Positions 10,153-20,379 are shown, counted from the first letter of the stretch. The stretch is DNA of 64,000 nt from Minisyncoccota bacterium (GCA_035627655.1 DASPLI010000001.1:601605-665604), one strand, 5' to 3'. The notes: generated by a model from the letters alone, not told the origin. Made by a program: numbers and translations.

Positions 10153-11106
10153 ATGGAATACCACATCACACTTCCGTCTAAGCCGCGCGTTGTTACTGAA
10201 GAAGGCGTGCAGGGCGTTTACGAGATCGACTCCCTCTACCCAGGGTACGGCCACACGCTTGGCAACTCGCTTCGCCGCATTATTCTTTCCTCGCTTCCGG
10301 GCGCCGCTATCACCGCGGTCAAGATCGAGGACGTTCCGCACGAGTTTGCAACTATGGAAGGCGTGCGCGAATCAGTCATGGAGCTTCTTTTGAACCTCCG
10401 CCGCGTGCATTTTGTGCTGCATGGCGATGAGCCGCAGACCGTCAAGCTCTCGGTAAAGGGTCCGAAGACCGTTACGGCAGGCGATATTACGCTTCCAAGC
10501 CAGGTAACGATCGCAAATCCGGACGCCTACCTCTGCGAGATTTCCGGCAAGAACAACCTCGAGCTTGAGGCAACCATCGAGCGCGGCCTCGGCTACGTGC
10601 CGCGCGAGGTGCTTACCAAGGAGAAGGTAGACATCGGCACGATTGCGCTTGATGCAACCTTCACCCCGATCCGCCGCGTGAACTACGAAGTAGAAAACAT
10701 GCGCGTTGGCGATCGCACCGACTTCAACCGCCTGCGCATCCTTATCGAAACCAACGGTACGGTTTCTCCACGCGAGGCACTTGAACGCTCTATCGAGATC
10801 ATGATCCACCAGCTGAAGGCTGTTGTCGGCTTCCAGGAGGAAACTGAGACTGCTTCAGTCGAAGCTCCGTCTATGGACATGAGCGATGCTGGCGAGGCAA
10901 AGGATGCTTCCAAGCTCAAGATTGACGAGCTTGGTCTTTCCACCCGCACCGCGTCTGCGCTTGCCGAAGGCGGCGTCAAGACCGTTGCTGGCCTGCTTCG
11001 CAAGACCGCAAGCTCTCTCAAGGAGCTTGATGGCGTCGGCGACAAGGCGATCGATGAGATCACCGAGGCGCTTTCGAAGCTTGGTCTTGAATTGAAGGGC
11101 GAATAA
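10153..11106 (+). CDS. rpoA: RNA polymerase alpha subunit
   Basis: GYGHTLGNSLRRIILSSLPGAA; alpha-CTD IDELGLSTRT. Confidence 0.98.
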   Translation: MEYHITLPSKPRVVTEEGVQGVYEIDSLYPGYGHTLGNSLRRIILSSLPGAAITAVKIEDVPHEFATMEGVRESVMELLLNLRRVHFVLHGDEPQTVKLSVKGPKTVTAGDITLPSQVTIANPDAYLCEISGKNNLELEATIERGLGYVPREVLTKEKVDIGTIALDATFTPIRRVNYEVENMRVGDRTDFNRLRILIETNGTVSPREALERSIEIMIHQLKAVVGFQEETETASVEAPSMDMSDAGEAKDASKLKIDELGLSTRTASALAEGGVKTVAGLLRKTASSLKELDGVGDKAIDEITEALSKLGLELKGE

Positions 11107-11114
11107 TCACACGT

Positions 11115-11465
11115 ATGCGACACCACAAGAAAGGACGAACACTTGGACGGCCCCGCGACCAGCGGACTGCACTCATGAAGTCGCTCATGAGGTCTTTGAT
11201 CGTGCACGAGCGCATTTCTACGACCGAGGCGAAAGCCAAGGAGATGCGCCCGATGATCGAGAAGCTCGTGACCCGCGCACGCGTGGACACGGTTGCAAAC
11301 CGCCGCGTGGTCGCATCCCGTCTTGGGGATGATGCCGCTACGAAGAAGCTCTTCACGGCCATTGCGCCTCGTTATAAGGATCGTTCCGGCGGCTACGTGC
11401 GCATCGTCAAGCGCGCCCCGAAGGCCGATGGTAAGAAAACGGCATACATTGCCTTCGTCTCTTAG
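11115..11465 (+). CDS. rplQ: 50S ribosomal protein L17
   Basis: MRHHKKGRTLGR, ERISTTEAKAKE, RSGGYVRI. Confidence 0.97.
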   Translation: MRHHKKGRTLGRPRDQRTALMKSLMRSLIVHERISTTEAKAKEMRPMIEKLVTRARVDTVANRRVVASRLGDDAATKKLFTAIAPRYKDRSGGYVRIVKRAPKADGKKTAYIAFVS

Positions 11466-11467
11466 GT

Positions 11468-11875
11468 ATGGCAACGTCTACTCGCATGCACAAAGATACC
11501 CGTAACCGTATCGACCACTCAGTCGCTCCGATTGAGTACACGATTGACGCCAAGGGCCGTCCGTTCGGACGCGTCGCCTCTGAGGCTGCATCTGCGCTTC
11601 TGGGAAAGAAGTCGGTGCACTACGTCAAGAACAAGGTCCTTCCGGTGAAGGTCACTATCACGAATGCTTCGAAGGTTGCTATCTCTGAGAAGAAGATGGA
11701 CGCGAACAAGTACCTACGCTACACCGGCTACCCAGGCGGACTCAAGACCCTCACCATGAAGCAGTTTATTGAGAAGAAGGGTGTTGCCGCCGTGCTTCAC
11801 AAGACGGTCGACGGCATGATTCCGCGCAACAAGCTTCGCAAGGAGCGTATGAAGCGCCTTACCATAACCGACTAA
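11468..11875 (+). CDS. rplM: 50S ribosomal protein L13
   Basis: IDAKGRPFGRVAS, YTGYPGGLK, GMIPRNKL. Confidence 0.95.
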   Translation: MATSTRMHKDTRNRIDHSVAPIEYTIDAKGRPFGRVASEAASALLGKKSVHYVKNKVLPVKVTITNASKVAISEKKMDANKYLRYTGYPGGLKTLTMKQFIEKKGVAAVLHKTVDGMIPRNKLRKERMKRLTITD

Positions 11876-11876
11876 T

Positions 11877-12275
11877 ATGCCTGATCTCGCTTACACCACC
11901 GCCGTTGGACGCCGCAAGACCGCGACTGCTCGCGTAAAGCTCACCCCTGCAGGGAAGATGAGCGTAACCGTCAATGGCAAGCCGGGCGACGAGTACTTCA
12001 AGACGCGCGAGCGTCAGCAGGTCACTCGCGACGCTTTCCACGTTGAAGGCGTTGAAGGCACCTACGAAGTCGTTGCCCGCGTTTCTGGTGGCGGTCCGTC
12101 TGCACAGGCTGAGGCAGTCCGCATGGCGATTGCCCGCGCCCTTGAGAAGCGCGATGCAAACCTTCGCAAGGTCCTCAAGACTGCCGGCTACCTCAAGCGC
12201 GACCCTCGTTCTGTTGAGCGCAAGAAGCCGGGTCTGTTGAAGGCTCGCAAGCGACCATCCTGGTCCAAGCGTTAG
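11877..12275 (+). CDS. rpsI: 30S ribosomal protein S9
   Basis: GRRKTATARV, GGGPSAQAEA, RDPRSVERKKPG...SKR. Confidence 0.97.
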   Translation: MPDLAYTTAVGRRKTATARVKLTPAGKMSVTVNGKPGDEYFKTRERQQVTRDAFHVEGVEGTYEVVARVSGGGPSAQAEAVRMAIARALEKRDANLRKVLKTAGYLKRDPRSVERKKPGLLKARKRPSWSKR

Positions 12276-12280
12276 TAACG

Positions 12281-12304
12281 AAACCCGCTGTATTGGCGGG
12301 TTTT
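12281..12304 (+). terminator. Intrinsic terminator after rpsI
   Basis: AAACCCGC-TGTATTG-GCGGGTTT followed by a T-rich tract. Confidence 0.75.
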
Positions 12305-12320
12305 GTTTGATAATAAAAAT

Positions 12321-13034
12321 ATGGAAGCAACGACTACAGTTTCAACAGCAGTGATATTTCAATTTGCGCAAGAAATGGCCAGTTTAAACCTTGGCTATCT
12401 TGGAGTTTGCGTGACTATTATTCTATTTGCTGGCGGTTTTTTCTATCTCTTCAATCTAAATCCGATGCAGAAGAAAATAGAAAAATACGAAGAAAAATTG
12501 GATGATCTTGAGACTGAAGTTAATGAAAAGGTTGAGGCCTTTGAACAGCAGTTCCAAAAGATCTCGGAAACTCAATCTGAGGAGTTTAAAGCACTGTTAG
12601 AAGAAACACAGGTTGAGATTCTCAACTCTGAAGAAGATATTCGGAAAAAATATAATGAACTCGAGAGGAAAGTTGAAAATCTTATTACCTCTGGACAAGC
12701 AGATTTGGATGAGATTAAGGGGAAAATTAAAGATTCTGAACTTAATCAAATGTGGTCAGATCATTATATGTGGGGCGCTAGAAAAATAACTGCAAACGTA
12801 ATATTTGTATTGATTCTGCTCATAGACAAGATTCTGGAATACAAAAGACAGGAGTGGAAGATTCGCATGGCCCTCGACAATCTTCTTTCTGCATTGGATG
12901 ACGCTGAAAAGGAAAAACTAAAAGATCAAGAAATGTACAACCATGCCATAATCACATTAGACCAGATTAAGGACCCAGAGGTGGAAGATCTCACAAAGAA
13001 GGTTAGAGACAGGTTCGAAGTAATAAAGGAATGA
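12321..13034 (+). CDS. Hypothetical TM + coiled-coil protein, AT-rich
   Basis: Long ORF with N-terminal TM and E/K-rich coiled coil; visibly AT-richer than flanks. Confidence 0.8.
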   Translation: MEATTTVSTAVIFQFAQEMASLNLGYLGVCVTIILFAGGFFYLFNLNPMQKKIEKYEEKLDDLETEVNEKVEAFEQQFQKISETQSEEFKALLEETQVEILNSEEDIRKKYNELERKVENLITSGQADLDEIKGKIKDSELNQMWSDHYMWGARKITANVIFVLILLIDKILEYKRQEWKIRMALDNLLSALDDAEKEKLKDQEMYNHAIITLDQIKDPEVEDLTKKVRDRFEVIKE

Positions 13035-13074
13035 TAATTTTGACTCCCTCCGTCACTTCAGGCATATTTTATGC

Positions 13075-13596
13075 ATGGATAACGACGATGTCGTCATTGA
13101 ATCTGACGGTTCCGAAGAGCTCGGGACTGATGTAAAGGATAAGTCCGCCAAGCTGAAGGCGGATATCGAGCAGCTTCGCAAAGAAAAGCAGGAGTATCTT
13201 GATGGCTGGCAACGTGCCAAGGCTGATTACGTCAACGCACTGAAGCGCTTTGAGGAAGAGAAGAAGGGGGCGCTTGAGCTTGGAAAGATCCTTTCCGTAC
13301 AGTCCTTCCTTCCGGCTATGGATTCCTTAGATCGCGCAGAAGCAGCGGGGGAGATTCCGGAAGCCTTCCAGGGTATCGCTAAGCAGCTCCATACTGCTGC
13401 AAAGGAACTTGGTCTTGAGAAGTTCGGTGCAGCAGGCGATACGTTCGATCCCGCACTCCACGAAGCGCTCGGCCAGGATCCGACCGATGACAAGAACAAG
13501 GACGACACTATCACCGTCGTTCTAGAGCCAGGCTGGAAGTCCAAGGAATTGGTCGTCCGTCCCGCGAAGGTGCGCGTCGCGCATTTTGAAGGCTAA
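13075..13596 (+). CDS. grpE: Nucleotide exchange factor GrpE
   Basis: WQRAKADYVN, FDPALHEA, VVRPAKVRV. Confidence 0.95.
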   Translation: MDNDDVVIESDGSEELGTDVKDKSAKLKADIEQLRKEKQEYLDGWQRAKADYVNALKRFEEEKKGALELGKILSVQSFLPAMDSLDRAEAAGEIPEAFQGIAKQLHTAAKELGLEKFGAAGDTFDPALHEALGQDPTDDKNKDDTITVVLEPGWKSKELVVRPAKVRVAHFEG

Positions 13597-13654
13597 GGCT
13601 ATCCACTTGAAAGCGAGAATGGGAGGTATATAGTGCCTTCCGGAGGAGTAGGAA

Positions 13655-13948
13655 ATGAGCAAAGTATTGCTTTTGCTTCTTGCCATCTGGCTAACCATTT
13701 CGCTCATGCAGGTCGCACGAACGCGAGTTCGGGACTGGCGGCATTCCCGCTATGTCATAGCGAGCGTTCCGCGCGGACGTCGCATGAACCCCGAACAGAT
13801 CTGCGATCTCGTGCTGCGCCGCTACCCGCGCGCGCAAACGTTCCTCATCCGCCGAGCCATCAAACGGCTCTGCGAGAAAGGACGATTCACGAGCGAGGAG
13901 TTCAGCCAGTTTGGACTGCCGCGCGGACCCTATATCCGCATCGGCTAA
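13655..13948 (+). CDS. Hypothetical protein (N-terminal TM, basic domain)
   Basis: GGAGGAG SD; followed by a hairpin. Confidence 0.7.
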   Translation: MSKVLLLLLAIWLTISLMQVARTRVRDWRHSRYVIASVPRGRRMNPEQICDLVLRRYPRAQTFLIRRAIKRLCEKGRFTSEEFSQFGLPRGPYIRIG

Positions 13949-13978
13949 AGACAACGGCCCGCATCTGCGCGGGCCGTT
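13948..13978 (+). repeat. Hairpin repeat family A, copy 1 (terminator-like)
   Basis: AAGACAACGGCCCGCATCTGCGCGGGCCGTT; 27/31 identical to 14877-14907. Confidence 0.75.
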
Positions 13979-14044
13979 CGTTGTACACAACAGTTTTAGA
14001 TTCACCTATGCCGCTGCCAGTACAATCGGAAATGGAGGAGTGCG

Positions 14045-14362
14045 GTGATGATTCCTAAAATCACGCTGCCATTCCTGGCACGGTTGCTCTGCGCAACCAT
14101 GCTTGGCGTGGGGTTGGGTCTATTGGCGGTGGAATTCGATGTGCGAACGCATCGCAAAGACATGCACCAACGGCTACGGACAGGCGTGGTAAGTGATACG
14201 CCTGAAATGCATTACTTTCATAAAGAAGTGCCAGGAATCGGTGCAACAATGTACCTATTTCCGGCCGCAAAGGAGCTACCTCCGGTCTGCCGGGACGGAC
14301 TCTACGCAGATATGGGAACGGGACGTGATGGGCGACATCTGTACGCCTGCACCAGTCCCTAG
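14045..14362 (+). CDS. Hypothetical membrane-anchored protein
   Basis: GGAGGAG SD; N-terminal hydrophobic helix; Cys pair. Confidence 0.65.
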   Translation: MMIPKITLPFLARLLCATMLGVGLGLLAVEFDVRTHRKDMHQRLRTGVVSDTPEMHYFHKEVPGIGATMYLFPAAKELPPVCRDGLYADMGTGRDGRHLYACTSP

Positions 14363-14464
14363 CATGCCCATGGCCGCCGGATACCTATTCGGCGGCTTTG
14401 CGTTGGTTGCCAGATTACAGAAAGCAGGTAGTATGCCCACCGGAACACAGAGAAAGGGAAACCC

Positions 14465-14878
14465 ATGGCTGATTCATGGTCCTGTTTGTACGTTGAGAAC
14501 GGACCCGGAATGATCGATGACAACGTTCGCTGCGCGATCAAGATGGCCGCCTGCCGGCTGTTCTTGAAAAAGCAGGAGTATCTGTTGTTTGAGACCGATA
14601 CGTGCGGCGGCGTGATCCAGACTACGTGGGAGCACAAACGACTCTTTGCCGTCGCGGGCTTTCTGTTTCGGACGGAAGTTACGTTTGAGGACTACGTCGA
14701 CTACAAGGTCAACTTCCTGATTAGCGAAGGAGACCTGCAACGCGGCGCCAAGCTCCTTGAGCGTAACGAAGAAGAGGGCATGGACGCCTATGTCGGCGTC
14801 AATGTCCCGTTCCGTCTCCCACTTGCTGATGTCTATCAGTTTAAGGATCTGTCCTTTCGTGGCCAGCACCTCAACTAA
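14465..14878 (+). CDS. Hypothetical protein
   Basis: Purine-rich RBS; coding-like composition; followed by a hairpin. Confidence 0.7.
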   Translation: MADSWSCLYVENGPGMIDDNVRCAIKMAACRLFLKKQEYLLFETDTCGGVIQTTWEHKRLFAVAGFLFRTEVTFEDYVDYKVNFLISEGDLQRGAKLLERNEEEGMDAYVGVNVPFRLPLADVYQFKDLSFRGQHLN

Positions 14879-14907
14879 GACGACGGCCCGCGCTTGCGCG
14901 GGCCGTT
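14877..14907 (+). repeat. Hairpin repeat family A, copy 2 (terminator-like)
   Basis: AAGACGACGGCCCGCGCTTGCGCGGGCCGTT followed by TT. Confidence 0.75.
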
Positions 14908-15005
14908 TTCCGTCACACTTGAAAGTCATCTTTCCGTGCGTACAATAGGGGGTAACGGGCTTTGGGCCATTTTTTACTAGACAGTAACTACTCAGGCTTT
15001 TCTCT

Positions 15006-16889
15006 ATGGCAAAGATACTCGGTATCGATCTTGGAACGACCAACTCCGCCATGGCCATCATGGAGGGCGGTGAGCCGCGCGTCCTTGAAAACGCAGAAGG
15101 CGGACGCACCACACCATCGGTCGTAGCTATCGCAAAGAACGGCGAGCGACTCGTCGGCACACTCGCAAAGCGTCAGGCGGTCACAAACCCTAAGAACACC
15201 ATCTACGGCATCAAGCGCTTCATGGGTCACCGCTTCAAGGATGATGCGGTGCAGCGCGATAAAGGCATTGTTCCGTACGAAGTGAAGGAAGGGCCAGATG
15301 GCGGCGTTACCGTACACCTGGGAGACAAGGACTATCGTCCGGAAGAAATCTCCGCGATGATCCTCGGCAAGCTCAAGGCTGATGCCGAGAAGAAGCTTGG
15401 TGAGACGATCACCGAAGCCATCATCACGGTGCCGGCATACTTCGATGACGCGCAGCGTGCAGCAACCAAGGCTGCCGGACAGATTGCCGGTCTTGAGGTG
15501 AAGCGCATCATCAACGAGCCGACCGCAGCCGCGCTTGCCTACGGTTTCAACAAGAAGAAGGATGAGAAGATCGTCGTATTCGACTTCGGCGGCGGCACCT
15601 TCGACGTCTCTGTGCTTGAAGTAGGGGACGACGTCATTGAAGTGAAGTCGACTGACGGCGACTCGCATATGGGCGGCCGCGATATCGACCAGAAGATCGT
15701 CCGCTGGCTTGCGGATGAGTTTAAGAAACAGAGTGGTCTTGATGTGACCAAAGATCCGCTTGCGCTCCAGCGCCTGGATGAGGCAGCAGAGAAAGCGAAG
15801 CACGAGCTCTCGTCAGCAACGGAGACAGAAGCAAACATTCCGTTCATCACCGTTGGCGCAGACGGCACGCCGCAGCACCTCTTGATCAAGATTTCCCGCG
15901 CAACGCTTGAGTCGCTTGCGGAGGAGTATGTTACGCGCTCGATTGATATCACCAAGCGCGCGCTTGAGGCAGCCGGCATGAAGGCAAGCGATATCAACGA
16001 AGTCATTCTCGTTGGCGGCCAGACGCGCATGCCGATGATTCAGGACCAGGTAAAGACGCTCTTTGGTAAAGAACCGCACCGCGACGTGAACCCAGACGAA
16101 GTAGTCGCTATTGGTGCGGCGATCCAGGCCGGTATTCTCCAGGGCGACGTCAAAGACATTCTTCTTGTGGACGTTATTCCGCTCTCGCTCTCCATTGAGA
16201 CGATGGGCGGCGTTGCAACGAAGCTCATCGAGCGCAACACGGCCGTGCCAACGTCGCGCAGCCAGACATTCTCGACAGCATCGGATAACCAAACTTCGGT
16301 AGAGATCCATGTCACACAGGGCGAACGTGCTATGGCGACAGACAACAAGTCGCTTGGACGCTTCAACCTTGATGGCATTCCGCCAGCGCCGCGCGGCATG
16401 CCGCAGATTGAGGTGACCTTCGACGTCGACTCAAACGGCATCCTGACCGTGAAAGCGAAAGAGAAGACGACCGGCAAAGAACAGTCCATCCGCATTGAGG
16501 GATCGACGGGCCTTTCTGAAGCAGATATCGAGCGCATGAAGAAGGATGCGGAAGCGCATGCTGCAGAAGATGCAAAGCGCAAGGAGCTCGTCGACACCAA
16601 GAATATTGCCGAGCAGCTCATCTACACTGCGGAGAAGGCGCTCAAGGATAACGGCGACAAGATCGGAGATGACATCAAGAAGGATGTCGAAGATAAGATC
16701 GGCGACCTGCGAAAAGCCCGGGAAGGGGAGGACGTCGGGACTATTAAGGCTGCAGCCGAAGCACTTTCGGCGTCCACGCAGAAGATCGGCGAGACCATGG
16801 CTCAGGCGCAAAACCAGGGAGAGCAACCGCCTCCGCCGCCAGATTCTGGAGCGGCCGATGCGGAGTTTACCGAGAAGCCAAAAGAGTAA
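15006..16889 (+). CDS. dnaK: Chaperone DnaK
   Basis: [36 protein letters not shown]. Confidence 0.99.
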   Translation: MAKILGIDLGTTNSAMAIMEGGEPRVLENAEGGRTTPSVVAIAKNGERLVGTLAKRQAVTNPKNTIYGIKRFMGHRFKDDAVQRDKGIVPYEVKEGPDGGVTVHLGDKDYRPEEISAMILGKLKADAEKKLGETITEAIITVPAYFDDAQRAATKAAGQIAGLEVKRIINEPTAAALAYGFNKKKDEKIVVFDFGGGTFDVSVLEVGDDVIEVKSTDGDSHMGGRDIDQKIVRWLADEFKKQSGLDVTKDPLALQRLDEAAEKAKHELSSATETEANIPFITVGADGTPQHLLIKISRATLESLAEEYVTRSIDITKRALEAAGMKASDINEVILVGGQTRMPMIQDQVKTLFGKEPHRDVNPDEVVAIGAAIQAGILQGDVKDILLVDVIPLSLSIETMGGVATKLIERNTAVPTSRSQTFSTASDNQTSVEIHVTQGERAMATDNKSLGRFNLDGIPPAPRGMPQIEVTFDVDSNGILTVKAKEKTTGKEQSIRIEGSTGLSEADIERMKKDAEAHAAEDAKRKELVDTKNIAEQLIYTAEKALKDNGDKIGDDIKKDVEDKIGDLRKAREGEDVGTIKAAAEALSASTQKIGETMAQAQNQGEQPPPPPDSGAADAEFTEKPKE

Positions 16890-16899
16890 GGAAATACGC

Positions 16900-16936
16900 C
16901 AAATTCCCGCCACGAAACACTGCTGGCGGGAATTTG
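16900..16936 (+). terminator. Intrinsic terminator after dnaK
   Basis: CAAATTCCCGCCA...TGGCGGGAATTTG inverted repeat then ACTTTT. Confidence 0.7.
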
Positions 16937-17030
16937 ACTTTTGTCAACTTTCATAGCAATATCACTCCCAGACGACGGCCACAAACTGTCGGCTAGTTAC
17001 GAGTTCTCTGACAATGAAAGGAGCTACGTA

Positions 17031-18419
17031 ATGGGTTTATTCGGACCCGGAAAACGTGAGCGAGCAATCCAGCGAGAGATGGAAGACGACCTGCTCTATA
17101 TGCGGGCCGCCTCGGAAACGAGGAAAGTCATTCTCGACAAGCTCGTCAGCTACACCGACCTCGTGACGCAGGGCATCGCTGTCTTGCACACGCAAACGGT
17201 GCAGTCGGTACAAACAGCACTAACGACTTGGTTCCAAGACCGGCTTCAACCACTGAAGTCGGCGATTGCGGGCCGAGTCCAAGCACGTCTACAAGCGGCG
17301 CAGGACAAAAACCTGCGTACCTTGATGTCCAAACGCGCTGATGCCTATCGTCAGCAGGTCATCAAGCAGATCGGCGCGGAGGGAGCGGAAATCTTCCATA
17401 AGCACGTCATGTCGCGTATGGCAGATCTGCTCTACAGCATCCGCACTGAATACGAAGCGAAGCGCTTCGGGCTTACGACGGGAACGGAAGCACTTCCTCC
17501 GGGAACGCGCTTTCTTTTCCAACGGCCCGGCCATCGACGCCACTACATCATTGAACAGGCGCCGACGGTTCGCGCAGTTCGCTTCGGTCAAAGCGGATAC
17601 GAAAGTTCGTATCGGTACCACTCACTGGCATTCCCGTATGTGGTGTTTCTGGTCATCATCAGTGAAAACGACTTTGAGGCGATGTACGTGTTTTTCCGTA
17701 CAAAGCCGCTGTCGACGATCAACGATGACCTATACATCCCGGCACTGCCAAACCTGAGCAGTTCATCGCTTGGGGTGTGCACCGGCACCATGCTTGAAGG
17801 TGTGGATCAGCCAGGACCCTGCGGTCTCCGCGTCATGCGGGCGATCGAAGCGTTCTGGAACAGTGGTTTCAATGACCACTGGACCCACTTCCTGCGCAAC
17901 TACAATGTGCAAGAACCCCGTCTCGCATCGCTTGCGGAGTGGGAGCGGCAAAGTAAGAAAGATCCTAACTTTGTCCTCTCTGTTCCGTGGATACCGGCGG
18001 GCAAGACGCTTGCTGGACATGTCCATCATCTTCTCCAAGGCACCGAAACCGGCAACGGCGTGGTGATGACTGGGGAAGAAGCAGACGTACGAGTGCGAGC
18101 AATCAGCGAACGAGTCGCAAAAGACGCAATGGAAACGGCCGCTGGCCTGATCCCGCGTCTCCCGGTCGATATGATCGGCGACGAAGTGCTCGTTGATATA
18201 CTCTCGACTGCGATTCGAGAGAGTGTCGCGGAGGTCAATACATGCCTTTCTGAAAGCATGGATGGACTCTTCGCCGATCCTCCCTCGTTCGAACTGGTCA
18301 ACGAGCAGGCAGGAGCCCTTCGGGCCCAACTGCTTGCTGAAGCTGACAAAAAAGTCGGCTGGACTGGCATCATTGCGCCACCCGGCTATCAACAATCCCA
18401 AAGCCGCCGCGCGGCCTAA
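17031..18419 (+). CDS. Prokaryotic E2-like (family D / PRTRC protein B-like) protein with long helical N- and C-terminal extensions
   Basis: AAAGGAG SD before ATG 17031; LAFPYVVF...LYIPALPNL...GVCTG...FWNSGFN pattern with candidate catalytic Cys; operon with JAB, ThiF and Ubl. Confidence 0.75.
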   Translation: MGLFGPGKRERAIQREMEDDLLYMRAASETRKVILDKLVSYTDLVTQGIAVLHTQTVQSVQTALTTWFQDRLQPLKSAIAGRVQARLQAAQDKNLRTLMSKRADAYRQQVIKQIGAEGAEIFHKHVMSRMADLLYSIRTEYEAKRFGLTTGTEALPPGTRFLFQRPGHRRHYIIEQAPTVRAVRFGQSGYESSYRYHSLAFPYVVFLVIISENDFEAMYVFFRTKPLSTINDDLYIPALPNLSSSSLGVCTGTMLEGVDQPGPCGLRVMRAIEAFWNSGFNDHWTHFLRNYNVQEPRLASLAEWERQSKKDPNFVLSVPWIPAGKTLAGHVHHLLQGTETGNGVVMTGEEADVRVRAISERVAKDAMETAAGLIPRLPVDMIGDEVLVDILSTAIRESVAEVNTCLSESMDGLFADPPSFELVNEQAGALRAQLLAEADKKVGWTGIIAPPGYQQSQSRRAA

Positions 18420-18430
18420 GGAGGACTGGA

Positions 18431-19426
18431 ATGAAAATTCACGTTCACGACGGCACGCATGACATCCCCGAGGAGAACTGCGTGCTCGTCACCAAAGAGG
18501 GCTTCATGATGAAGTCGAAAACGAACTGGGTGGACGCTGTTGTGCCCATCAAGTCCGTGAGTACACTCCAAAGCTTGGAGCCCCGCGCTACCGTCCTGCT
18601 GCCGCCGATACCGGTCACGGTGTTTGCGCAGGCCGTTTTGTTCTTCTACGCCGTCTACAAGGCGAAGCGGATCGAATCGGCAATCCTGCTGCACTACCGC
18701 AGCGCGGATCAGGACTGGCAGATCACCGTCCCGAAGCAAGATGCGACGGGCGGATCGGTCCACTACAACGCGGCCGAACGGCTGCCCGGCTACCTGTGTG
18801 TGGGCACCATGCATTCGCACTGCGACATGGGCGCCTTTCACTCGGGTACCGACACGCACGACGAAACCGGCCACGACGGCATCCACATCACGATCGGACG
18901 GCTGGGCAAATTCCCGTTGTTCGACCTGGATGGCGAGATCGTCGTCAAAGGCCACCGCTTTCCGCTTCCGATGGAGCAGGTCCAAGGCCTGTTGTGTTTG
19001 GAAGAAGAGCGGAAGGAGCGGACGTTGTTCTCAGTACTCTGGGAACGTCCGCCTTCCAAGTTCTACGCACTCGACGTTCCGCACACCTTCGATCTGAAGG
19101 TGCCGGATGAATGGGTTGAGCGCGTCAAAGAACGATTCGCCTGGGGATCCGAACGTCCGACCGTGGTGCAAGCCAATTCCGGCGGCACGTACGTCCCCGA
19201 ACAGGACGTTCAACTTCTCAGCGCAGCTGAGGTTGAACAAATGCGTCGTCCAACCCGGGAACGGTCCGACGCACCCCAAACGTATGTTCCCGAAGATGAC
19301 TGCGGCATCATCGACGCGGATGATCTGGGACACCGATATCGCCTGAGCCGGGAACTTCCCACTCGACGATTCGGCCAGCCCCCGATCACTGTGTCGCCGC
19401 AGAAACCACCACGCGATACGAAATAG
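18431..19426 (+). CDS. JAB/JAMM metalloprotease (deubiquitinase-like)
   Basis: Upstream E (IESAILL); HSH-x7-S-x2-D motif in GTMHSHCDMGAFHSGTDTHDE; AAGGAGG SD. Confidence 0.9.
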   Translation: MKIHVHDGTHDIPEENCVLVTKEGFMMKSKTNWVDAVVPIKSVSTLQSLEPRATVLLPPIPVTVFAQAVLFFYAVYKAKRIESAILLHYRSADQDWQITVPKQDATGGSVHYNAAERLPGYLCVGTMHSHCDMGAFHSGTDTHDETGHDGIHITIGRLGKFPLFDLDGEIVVKGHRFPLPMEQVQGLLCLEEERKERTLFSVLWERPPSKFYALDVPHTFDLKVPDEWVERVKERFAWGSERPTVVQANSGGTYVPEQDVQLLSAAEVEQMRRPTRERSDAPQTYVPEDDCGIIDADDLGHRYRLSRELPTRRFGQPPITVSPQKPPRDTK

Positions 19427-19438
19427 AGGAGAGCATCA

Positions 19439-20110
19439 ATGCGTATCGTTATTGTCGGCGTTGGCGGCGTGGGAACTCAACTCCTGCCCGCTCTCTGCCG
19501 CTTCCTTGACAACAGGGAAGGGAATGCTCATATTGTCCTCTTAGATGGTGACCGTTTCGAGGAATCGAACGCGACCCGTCAGGACTTCGACCGCCTCGGC
19601 TCCAAAGCCGAGGTCACCAAAGAAGCCCTCTCACGGCGCTTCCCGCGCCTTGAGATTGAGGCCAAGACGACGTACGTTTCGGAAGACAACGTCTTCGTGT
19701 ACTTCGACGAGGAGGACATCGTGTTCTGCTGCGTCGACAACCACGCGAGCCGAAAGCTTCTGAACGATCGTTGTGCTGAACTGTCGTCGGCGACGCTCAT
19801 TTCCGGTGGAAATGAGTACTCCGACGGCAACGTTCAGGTGTATGTGCGCAAAGATGGCGTGGACATCACTCCACCCATCACGTACCTGCACCCGGAAATT
19901 GCCGATCCCCAAGATCGCAACCCGGCACACCTCAGCTGCGAGGAACTCGCTCAGGCAGGCGCCCCGCAGCTTATCTTCGCCAACCTGGCGGTCGCGAGCC
20001 ACATGCTCAACACCTTCTGGCTGGTGACCGAAAATCGCCTGTCCTATTCGGAACTGTACTTTGACCTTGTAACCGGAGCAGTCCGCTCCGTGAACAGAAA
20101 GGGGAATTAA
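19439..20110 (+). CDS. E1/ThiF-family adenylyltransferase
   Basis: GVGGVG, DGDRFEESNATRQ, K(SKAE), CVDNHASR, candidate catalytic Cys in LSCEEL. Confidence 0.93.
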   Translation: MRIVIVGVGGVGTQLLPALCRFLDNREGNAHIVLLDGDRFEESNATRQDFDRLGSKAEVTKEALSRRFPRLEIEAKTTYVSEDNVFVYFDEEDIVFCCVDNHASRKLLNDRCAELSSATLISGGNEYSDGNVQVYVRKDGVDITPPITYLHPEIADPQDRNPAHLSCEELAQAGAPQLIFANLAVASHMLNTFWLVTENRLSYSELYFDLVTGAVRSVNRKGN

Positions 20111-20112
20111 CC

Positions 20113-20379
20113 ATGCCTACTGGTGAAGTTGCAACGTTGGTCGCACGTCGTGTCGACCTTCCGCAAATCACGGTCATCTCCGGCGCGAACGAGCAAACGC
20201 TCAATCTGCCGGCGGAAGGCTCCATCACGGTTCGCGACGTGCTCGACCGCGTCGGCGAATTCATGAACATCCCGCGCGACACGCAGGTTCAGGTGAACGG
20301 CCAAACCGCTTCGACTGAACACACGCTGCGCGAAGGCGATCGCGTCGAATTCGTCCGTGCCGCCGGCCAGAAGGCCTAA
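20113..20379 (+). CDS. Ubiquitin-like beta-grasp protein (MoaD/ThiS/PRTRC-C-like)
   Basis: TVRDVL...VQVNG...LREGDRVEFVRAAGQKA; directly after E1. Confidence 0.85.
   Translation: MPTGEVATLVARRVDLPQITVISGANEQTLNLPAEGSITVRDVLDRVGEFMNIPRDTQVQVNGQTASTEHTLREGDRVEFVRAAGQKA

Noticed and set aside
14908-15005. CIRCE or sigma32 heat-shock element before dnaK
   Set aside because: No TTAGCACTC-N9-GAGTGCTAA. TTGAAA-16-TACAAT fits an ordinary sigma70 promoter and no CCCCAT -10 is present.
19439-20379. Thiamine or molybdopterin biosynthesis (thiF/thiS, moeB/moaD)
   Set aside because: No thiG/moaE-type genes, no GG terminus, E1 lacks the CxxC zinc pairs, and an E2-like gene is in the operon.
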